From the NCBI GenBank assembly GCA_964360585.1, contig CAYHXC010000004.1:15366-79365 (forward strand): a DNA stretch of 64,000 bases, written 5' to 3'. Of this stretch, positions 58,167-64,000 are shown in pieces. The DNA is from an uncultured Candidatus Saccharibacteria bacterium (GTDB lineage Bacteria > Patescibacteriota > Minisyncoccia > UBA6257 > 2-01-FULL-56-20). Both the position numbers and the translations under genes were made by a program. The notes below the pieces were generated by a model. That model worked only from the letters and a program-made list of their open reading frames with translations. It ran no database searches and was not told the DNA's origin. The first letter of the stretch is position 1. Each line of letters opens with the position of its first letter.

Positions 58167-58676
58167 ATGAAAACATTTAAAAAAATTAGCCTCGTCGCAT
58201 TTTTGCTCGTTGTGGTGGTTTTCGGATTTTTCCCGCATTTTGCCGATGCCCGTCGAGATGAGAGTAACATTTGTTTTGGAGTCGGGGATGTTGTTATCGA
58301 CCTAAATCTCCCTTGTCTTTTTGGTGGTAAGGTATGCCTCGATGCGGATCTCGCAAACGAATGTCAGCGCCTTGGTGGACGGTGGAGCGCGGTCATGCCC
58401 CAGTATATTGGTCCCGGCGATACGAATGGGCCAGTTGAGGATGTTGAAACTTTCTTAGATCTTCTGGTGTGGTTTATTAAATTCTTCCAGATTGTCTTCT
58501 GGGTTTTGACCGTTGGCTTTGGCCTCTACGCCGCCTATCTCTATCTTTTTGCGGCGGGGAGTTCGGAAAAAGCGGCCCAGGCGCGTCGGGTTTTAGGATA
58601 CACGGTTATCGCGGCGGTCGTCTCGGTTATCGCTTACTCTATTCCGAGCGTCATTGATAGTTTCTTAGCCGGGTAG
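58167..58676 (+). CDS. T4SS-pilin-like protein, paralog 7
   Basis: signal peptide, Cys-containing domain, IKFFQIVFWVLTVGFGLYAAYLYLFAAGS...AYSIP. Confidence 0.6.
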   Translation: MKTFKKISLVAFLLVVVVFGFFPHFADARRDESNICFGVGDVVIDLNLPCLFGGKVCLDADLANECQRLGGRWSAVMPQYIGPGDTNGPVEDVETFLDLLVWFIKFFQIVFWVLTVGFGLYAAYLYLFAAGSSEKAAQARRVLGYTVIAAVVSVIAYSIPSVIDSFLAG

Positions 58677-58682
58677 ATTGTT

Positions 58683-58740
58683 GTCATTGCGATCCGCCAT
58701 CCGCCAACTGGCTGGAGGCGGAGAAGCAATCTTAAATTGT
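58683..58740. repeat. GTCATTGCGA structured repeat, partial copy 4
   Basis: TGTCATTGCGATCC...GAAGCAATCTTAAATTG. Confidence 0.5.
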
Positions 58741-58870
58741 ATTAAGCAGGTTCATTTTCCCAAAAGAAAAAGGCCCTTGAGATGTCTCGCGGGCCTTTTG
58801 GATTTTCGCCTTGCAAATTCTTCAGCGAAACGGTCGGCGTAGTTACCGTTCCACTTATTCACTCACCCGC

Positions 58871-59458
58871 CTACTCGATCCACGGCTCCATCAGAACCGT
58901 CACGGTTTCTGTGGCGTGTCTCTTGAAGCGGAATTCTGCAACGCCTCCTTTCGGAAGCGAGAGAGGTCCGCCTTCGACATACTCGTCTGGTGAGATGCTT
59001 GGATCTCCGTAGATCCGTTGCACCGTGACAGGGATGTCTGAAGACACGGTCGCGCCTTTCCGCCTGCCACTCGCAGTCACGGAGAGGACGGCATCCGTCC
59101 AACACTCGCTCGGATCAGGAGCGATGACAATACTCCCTCCTCCTGCCATCCGAATGTCGGAGAACTTCCTCCCACTTCCGCAGTCGGAGAGTGTGAGTGT
59201 CTTGGGGGGCAAGGCTACTACGACAGGCTGTATTGGTGCTGCCGTGAGGGAAGAGGTGGTCGTTCCCAGTTGTGACTGGGAGTGGTCTTGGTTCCAGGCC
59301 CAGACGAGCAGCTGAATGAGTAGGGCAATAGCCAACACTACCCCCAGGCCAATCCGAACCCACTTGTTGGAGAGGAGGGTCTTGGCATACTTGTCCTCTA
59401 CCGCTACCTCAGCCTTTGCGGGTTTTTCTTTCGGTGCTGGTTTCGTTGTTTTTTCCAT
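58871..59458 (-). CDS. hypothetical single-pass membrane protein
   Basis: Lys/Ala-rich N-terminus, TM helix, extracytoplasmic domain; GC-rich. Confidence 0.4.
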   Translation of the reverse strand: MEKTTKPAPKEKPAKAEVAVEDKYAKTLLSNKWVRIGLGVVLAIALLIQLLVWAWNQDHSQSQLGTTTSSLTAAPIQPVVVALPPKTLTLSDCGSGRKFSDIRMAGGGSIVIAPDPSECWTDAVLSVTASGRRKGATVSSDIPVTVQRIYGDPSISPDEYVEGGPLSLPKGGVAEFRFKRHATETVTVLMEPWIE

Positions 59459-59461
59459 GAC

Positions 59462-60505
59462 CTACTTTTCCTTTTCGGTTTTGAGGAATTCTTCCAGGCG
59501 AGGGATCAGTGTTCCCAGGAGCCCAAAATTTCCTTGAGTGGAGATGACAGCTTTTCTCACAGCCGCGTCCAGAACGATGTCTGCTTGATCTGCGGCCTCC
59601 TTGGGGCTGAGTCCTTCCGCCTTGAACTTCTTGAGAAGATCAATTCGGATGACTCCGGCTTGTGCCCGGAATTCCGCCTGCTTCTCCTCCTCCAAAGCCT
59701 TTTTGGTCTCGGCGGAGAAGTCGACTTTCGGTGTGGCAAAATAGACGATCGCTATGCCATACCGACGCTCGATGTCCGAGGCCTGGCGATTGATGACTGA
59801 GTCCGGTCGTCCGTCCTCGACGAGAGGACGGATCTCCTGCCAGTGCCGTTCATAGAACTCGATCAGATGATCGGTGTCGATCATGGACTGACCTCGGAAG
59901 TTAGGCTCTTCCGGAACAGGCGTCCAGTCTCTACAGATCTCGCAGTCAAGTTCGTGTCTCATGTGGGGCGGAACTTCCATCCGTAACACACAGTTCACCA
60001 GATCTGCGAGAATGCGTCGCTTCTGGATGAAAACGTCGTGTTCGTGGGTGCCACCAAGCGCTCCAAGAACTGACTCGATTGCTTCGGCGATGCCTTGCTC
60101 GATGATCTCATCCGAGATCGAGACGAAAACATTCAAGCCATTAGCGTCTGGAATGTACGGGTCTGCTCGGTACTGAAGATCTCCGGTAACGATCAAACCG
60201 AGGAGATCTTTCGTTGTTAGTTCTGCTGAAACTTTGGTTTTCACCAGTTCCAGCGAGAAGACAGAGATGCGCTCGATGAAGGGGAGCTTGAGTCGGAATC
60301 CTTCCAGGACTATCCGGCCAGTTCGCCCTTTGAACCTCTCAACCACGCCAAACGCGACCTTTTCGATTGTGACGGGCGTGTCGAGGATCGCGGCTATCGC
60401 GATCACGGTCAACACAATTACCATGAATGTGAACATAGCTTTTCCTTCTTTCTCTAATGAGTGAATTATTCTTATTTCGAAGACATCCCGGACCATCCGG
60501 GGCAT
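59462..60505 (-). CDS. SPFH/band-7 (stomatin/prohibitin-like) domain protein
   Basis: N-terminal TM then SPFH core VVERFKGRTGRIVLEGFRLKLPFIERISVF...TKDLLGLIVTGDLQYR; GC-rich. Confidence 0.5.
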   Translation of the reverse strand: MPRMVRDVFEIRIIHSLEKEGKAMFTFMVIVLTVIAIAAILDTPVTIEKVAFGVVERFKGRTGRIVLEGFRLKLPFIERISVFSLELVKTKVSAELTTKDLLGLIVTGDLQYRADPYIPDANGLNVFVSISDEIIEQGIAEAIESVLGALGGTHEHDVFIQKRRILADLVNCVLRMEVPPHMRHELDCEICRDWTPVPEEPNFRGQSMIDTDHLIEFYERHWQEIRPLVEDGRPDSVINRQASDIERRYGIAIVYFATPKVDFSAETKKALEEEKQAEFRAQAGVIRIDLLKKFKAEGLSPKEAADQADIVLDAAVRKAVISTQGNFGLLGTLIPRLEEFLKTEKEK

Positions 60506-60678
60506 CTTTATGCCCCTGGAACTACTCCAGGATTTCTGGATACATTATACCACCAAAAAACGAGATAGTCAATAGTTGTAAAGCCCCGAAAAATGAGGCA
60601 AAATCTGGCGATTTTAGAGTAAATGCCTAGTCCTCATTGGATGTATGCCGAGGAGTTTCATTTATAACCCTAGGTTTT

Positions 60679-60770
60679 TGTCATTGCGAATCGAGTGTAA
60701 CTCGATGCGGCAATCTTTTGGAATTACATGAGATTGCTTCGCCCCGGTCATAGTCGAGGCTCGCAATGAC
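60679..60770. repeat. GTCATTGCGA...CTCGCAATGAC structured repeat, copy 5
   Basis: same architecture as 40267-40361 (CGAGTGTAACTCGA hairpin, GGCAATCT...AGATTGC hairpin). Confidence 0.7.
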
Positions 60771-60847
60771 GAAATTTAATTTCCCAACTATTATTCAGGA
60801 GTTGAGGAATATCTCGAACGAAAGTATGCTTTAGCCAAGCCTTATCT

Positions 60848-60931
60848 GCGGGTGTAGCCGAACTGGTATAGGCGCATGGCTTAGAACCATGTGGGAGCAA
60901 TCCCGTGGAGGTTCGAGTCCTCCCATCCGCA
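60848..60931 (+). tRNA. tRNA-Leu (anticodon UAG), class II with long variable arm
   Basis: acceptor GCGGGTG/CATCCGC, anticodon stem CATGG/CCATG with loop CUUAGAA, 16-nt variable arm, T arm GGAGG-TTCGAGT-CCTCC. Confidence 0.8.
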
Positions 60932-60938
60932 CCTTTGT

Positions 60939-61979
60939 ATGAAAAAACACGTCCACCCATTCCGCGTTATTGTTGCGGTTTCCTGTATTGGTTCAGGCAT
61001 CGTCGCATCGCTTCTGGCCTTAATCGGACCGATTGCTCAAGAATCGAATTTTTTCTCGTATTACATCAATTTGGCCGTAGGTCCGATCAGTGATGCCTTT
61101 TCCTTCCTCTTTGTTTTTTGTTTTGCGGCCATTTTTTCTTTCCTCGCCTTTTCTCTTTTTGCCAATGCTTTTTATCACAAGCGTGATCCGCATGAATTTT
61201 TTTCCTGGGATTTTTTAAAAAAGAATATTCGGTTGCTCGGTCGGGGATTGGGAGAGCTTATGCTCGAGGCCGGGCCGGTCATACTCACCTTTGTTTTCGT
61301 GAGTCTCGCGATGGCTTCTATCAATCCGGTGAACGCGACACACCTTATTGACGACCGTGTTGTCGAATGGGATCGAGCCCTTTTAAACAGCTATCCTTTC
61401 ATCTCATTCACAAACATTTCCTGGCCAGGCTGGTTTATCAGGATCGTTGCATTCTCGTTTATGGATCTGCCGGTTTTTATCATTGCGTTTTCGCTGTATG
61501 TCTTTGCGTTCCAGCGGAAGATTTTTAGAGAAATGGCTGCGGTTTTCTGTTTCTCGCTCGTTCTCATGCTTTTTTTGTGGCAGATTTTTCCGGTCTTGAG
61601 TCCGCACGATCGCTATCTTGATAACGTCTACAATCTGCCGAACTCGCCGAGCATGAACGAAGCGTTAAAAAAGTACGAACCGCAACCGCTTATTGAGAAG
61701 TTCTTGAGCGAGATGCGGGAGAGGAAAAATCAAAGTCTTGGCGGAACGATGCCGACTTCAACCTTGCCGAGCGCGCACGTGGCCTGGGCGACACTTCTTG
61801 TCTATTACGTTTGGCGAGTTAAAAAGCAATTACTGCTCCTCTTCTTTCCGATCGCTTTTTTATCGACAATCGGGACGTTTCTTTTTGCTCAACATTATTT
61901 TGTTGATGTGCCCGCCGGAATTGCGGTAATGATGTTTGCGATCTACCTTGTGCGTTTCACGAATAGGAAACATAAATAA
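60939..61979 (+). CDS. PAP2-superfamily membrane phosphatase
   Basis: PSAH and HYFVDVPAG motifs (PAP2 PSGH / SRx5Hx3D-like); start placed after the tRNA at ATG 60939. Confidence 0.5.
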   Translation: MKKHVHPFRVIVAVSCIGSGIVASLLALIGPIAQESNFFSYYINLAVGPISDAFSFLFVFCFAAIFSFLAFSLFANAFYHKRDPHEFFSWDFLKKNIRLLGRGLGELMLEAGPVILTFVFVSLAMASINPVNATHLIDDRVVEWDRALLNSYPFISFTNISWPGWFIRIVAFSFMDLPVFIIAFSLYVFAFQRKIFREMAAVFCFSLVLMLFLWQIFPVLSPHDRYLDNVYNLPNSPSMNEALKKYEPQPLIEKFLSEMRERKNQSLGGTMPTSTLPSAHVAWATLLVYYVWRVKKQLLLLFFPIAFLSTIGTFLFAQHYFVDVPAGIAVMMFAIYLVRFTNRKHK

Positions 61980-62032
61980 CTGTATATTGTTGATCCCGGC
62001 TCTACTTCTCGTTTTCGGTTATAAGTTTTTAG

Positions 62033-62104
62033 TGCCGGACCCCAGAGTCGAACTGGGCACGCCTGCCTCTTCAGGGCAGCGCTCTACCGATGAGCTAGCC
62101 CGGC
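62033..62104 (-). tRNA. tRNA-Phe (anticodon GAA)
   Basis: acceptor GCCGGGC/GTCCGGC (one G-U), D stem GCTC/GAGC, anticodon loop CUGAAGA, T arm CCCAG-TTCGACT-CTGGG. Confidence 0.8.
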
Positions 62105-62219
62105 AATACTACATAATGTAATTGAATTTAGTTTTATATTCAATACAGGAATGATTTGACAGTTTTATAATAAGTGTTTTACGTTTAGTTCAGCCTAGCG
62201 CAGTCGTGGAGGAAAACTC

Positions 62220-62465
62220 ATGGATACAAAAAATACGATTCCTGTTCCACCAGAGCAGAAACCAGAAGAAGATTGGCCATCCCACATCATGGAGTTGCGG
62301 AGTCAGCTGGGTATGACCCAGGAGGAGTTCGCGCATACTCTCGGAATCACGGTTGGCACGGTGAGCCGTTGGGAAAATCGATGGTTCCGCCCGAGCAAGT
62401 TGGCTCGAGCCACCATTCTGGAATTTGCCCGACGCCACGGTATCCCCATCGGTCAGGCCAAGTAG
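62220..62465 (+). CDS. XRE-family helix-turn-helix transcriptional regulator
   Basis: HTH LRSQLGMTQEEFAHTLGITVGTVSRWE; GC-rich; between tRNAs. Confidence 0.6.
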   Translation: MDTKNTIPVPPEQKPEEDWPSHIMELRSQLGMTQEEFAHTLGITVGTVSRWENRWFRPSKLARATILEFARRHGIPIGQAK

Positions 62466-62500
62466 ATTTCTACTTGGCTTTTTTATTTGTGTCCCCATTA

Positions 62501-62668
62501 GGAAGGCTCAGCATTCCTAGCTCGACCCCTAAAAAGTAAAACCGAACATGGATGCTCGGTTTTGTTCTCTCGGCATTCCCACCAGGAAGGCTGCGCATTC
62601 CTGGCCCAACTCCTCAAAAACAAAACCGAACATACATGCTCGGTTTTGCTCTCTCGGCGTTCCCACCA
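62501..62668. repeat. two tandem ~84-bp units each ending in a tRNA 3'-end-like segment (TTCCCACCAGG)
   Basis: units 62501-62584 and 62585-62668 ~85% identical; each contains hairpin AAAACCGAACAT..ATGCTCGGTTTT and CCAGGAAGGCT..GCATTCCTGG; third unit continues into a truncated tRNA 3' half (T arm CCAGGTTCGATTCCTGG on minus strand). Confidence 0.6.
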
Positions 62669-62795
62669 GGAATCGAACCTGGGTCTACTCCTTACCTGCC
62701 CGCCATTGCCTGCGCCCTCGGTAGGAAGGACAATCATTCCTACCTTGCCATCTCAAAAGAAAAACGAAGCGTGCCGCTTGATTTCTCTCTCTCGG

Positions 62796-62867
62796 TGCCC
62801 TCGGTAGGAATCGAACCTACGTCTAGAGCTTAGAAGGCTCCTATTCTTTCCACTGAACTACGAGGGC
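62796..62867 (-). tRNA. tRNA-Arg (anticodon UCU)
   Basis: acceptor GCCCTCG/CGAGGGC, anticodon stem GGAGC/GCTCT loop CUUCUAA, T arm GTAGG-TTCGATT-CCTAC. Confidence 0.8.
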
Positions 62868-63089
62868 AATTCTGGCAGGCGGGGAAGGGAGTCGTTTTAT
62901 CCATTAAACTATGGGGACTAAATGGATTTCGATTGATTCTATCGCAGAAATCAGATAACTTAAAGGGGCGTTCGGATGGTTATTTCGAAAACACAGATAT
63001 AATTCTGACTGAATTATTCCTATGCTCGGACCGTCGTCCTCCGCAGTGTTTTCTCAATAAATCCTCACTAGGGTTTTACGTAAGGTAGG

Positions 63090-63160
63090 CGGGGTGTAGT
63101 ATACCGGTAGTACGCCTGCTTTGGGAGCAGGTAGACCGAGTTCAATTCTCGGCACCCCGA
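63090..63160 (+). tRNA. tRNA-Pro (anticodon UGG), C1-G72 type
   Basis: acceptor CGGGGTG/CACCCCG, anticodon stem CCTGC/GCAGG loop UUUGGGA, T arm CCGAG-TTCAATT-CTCGG. Confidence 0.75.
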
Positions 63161-63402
63161 CTGAACGAAGTGAAGGAGGGGATGAGCGCGCAAACTGCTT
63201 TGCGCGCGTCCGGAATCGAAGCCCGCAGAGATGTGATTCGCAGTAGCGGATCACCACGAGGGGCTAGCCTAATGCCGAGTCGAGTGACTGACGACCTGCC
63301 GGCAGGCAGGCAGGGAAGAGGATAGGAGGCGATTCCCGGCTGTGCCCTTCCGTAGTTTTAACAAAGGAGGGCAGTCCGACAAGTAGTGATAAGGAGAGGG
63401 TT

Positions 63403-63474
63403 GGACGGTTAGCTCAGTGGTAGAGCATCTGCTTTACACGCAGAGGGTCGCGGGTTCAAATCCTGCACCGTCCA
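63403..63474 (+). tRNA. tRNA-Val (anticodon UAC)
   Basis: acceptor GGACGGT/ACCGTCC, D stem GCTC/GAGC, anticodon loop UUUACAC, T arm GCGGG-TTCAAAT-CCTGC. Confidence 0.8.
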
Positions 63475-63516
63475 CAGATTAGAACACTTGAATATTTCGT
63501 ATGTTATAATCTTTCT

Positions 63517-63885
63517 ATGAGAGAAGAGGTGGAAAGAGGTTTTATTGAAGCTAAAATTAATCTGGGTCCAGATCAAGCGCCACATTTTCACGAAGGAGAA
63601 CTTGGCGAGGTCTTAAATGATATTCGAGAAAAGTGCCCGACATTAGCAGAAATTCTTGAAAACCTTTCTGATAAAGAAGTGGTATTGTTAGAATGGGCCT
63701 TTAATTACGAAAGCGTTGGATTTAGAGATTTGCGAAGAATCGAAGAGGGCGACCCACTGATCGACGAATTGAATAAATGGCATGCCATAACTGATAAAGA
63801 ATTGAAAAAGAAAGATGCTCGACAACTAGCAAGATACATTTACGATCCGCGGCTTTTGAAAACACAGTCTTTCAAAGACGAGTAG
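63517..63885 (+). CDS. hypothetical protein
   Basis: 122 aa acidic ORF downstream of tRNA-Val. Confidence 0.35.
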   Translation: MREEVERGFIEAKINLGPDQAPHFHEGELGEVLNDIREKCPTLAEILENLSDKEVVLLEWAFNYESVGFRDLRRIEEGDPLIDELNKWHAITDKELKKKDARQLARYIYDPRLLKTQSFKDE

Positions 63886-63940
63886 GCTCGGGGCTCCCTG
63901 CCCGCGCTCCGTCGGCCAAAGCCTTTGGCGGCGTGAGACC

Positions 63941-64000
63941 GAAACTTTACTTGTCCGGCGAAGCTTTAGCGAAGTTGGAGTGAAGGCGGGGATCCCTCGA
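63941..64000. repeat. partial copy of the 37820-37870 repeat segment (truncated by window end)
   Basis: CTTGTCCGGCGAAGCTTTAGCGAAGTTGGAG matches CTTGTCCGTCGAAGCTTTAGCGAAGTCGGAG. Confidence 0.45.

Noticed and set aside
60891-60938. Longer N-terminus (MGAIPWRFESSHPHLCM) of the PAP2 gene
   Set aside because: It is translated from within tRNA-Leu (60848-60931). The start was moved to ATG 60939.
62501-62668. CRISPR array
   Set aside because: Only two tandem units of ~84 bp, with no short repeat/spacer alternation and no cas genes. The units end in tRNA 3'-end-like sequence instead.
63054-63257. 67-aa minus ORF and the 63409-63591 minus ORF
   Set aside because: They overlap tRNA-Pro and tRNA-Val respectively, so they are not credible CDS.
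63161-63402. Bona fide SRP (4.5S) RNA
   Set aside because: A GUCCGGAA motif is present, but the expected GGAA tetraloop closing pairs and the complementary 3' strand of helix 8 are not evident. Kept only as a low-confidence ncRNA candidate.

Overview
This 64-kb chromosomal segment has the gene content and style of a small-genome Patescibacteria/CPR-like bacterium. Evidence for that: many small hypothetical proteins, a TrbC/VirB2-like 'pilin' paralog array, a lamin-tail-domain protein, and roughly 40-50% GC background. Housekeeping genes recognised from motifs are pilB/gspE-type ATPase, greA, ruvA, ruvB, polA, mutM/fpg, holA-like, gyrA, rpsA, rpsT, tsaE and maf, plus an ECF sigma/anti-sigma pair, a sensor histidine kinase and transporters. 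Six tRNAs were found by manual cloverleaf folding: Arg-CCG, Leu-UAG, Phe-GAA, Arg-UCU, Pro-UGG and Val-UAC. The main accessory feature is a GC-rich (~58-62%) island of about 9.7 kb (12.85-22.6 kb). It carries a tyrosine integrase, a ParD/ParE toxin-antitoxin pair and a co-directional three-gene operon (unknown 410-aa protein, HNH nuclease, PD-(D/E)xK nuclease) facing a divergent Zn-ribbon protein. That operon is a candidate undescribed defence-like system. The island also encodes dockerin- and cohesin-like surface proteins with a 178-bp exact internal duplication. Other points of note: a tandem array of 7 paralogous T4SS-pilin-like genes plus a frameshifted 8th copy elsewhere; an IS element (DDE transposase with 13-bp terminal inverted repeats); and several small GC-rich cassettes. 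There are at least three dispersed repeat families: a structured element bounded by GTCATTGCGAG...CTCGCAATGAC, a TCGAAA-rich element with inverted ends, and a 'tctactgcgttac' family found after polA and gyrA. A telomere-like G-quadruplex palindrome is present. A tRNA cluster (62-63.5 kb) contains tandem tRNA 3'-end fragment repeats, which suggests a decayed integration hotspot. Two genes are interrupted at homopolymer runs (G5T5 and T6); these are either sequencing errors or phase variation. All calls rest on sequence motifs read by eye; no database searches were run.
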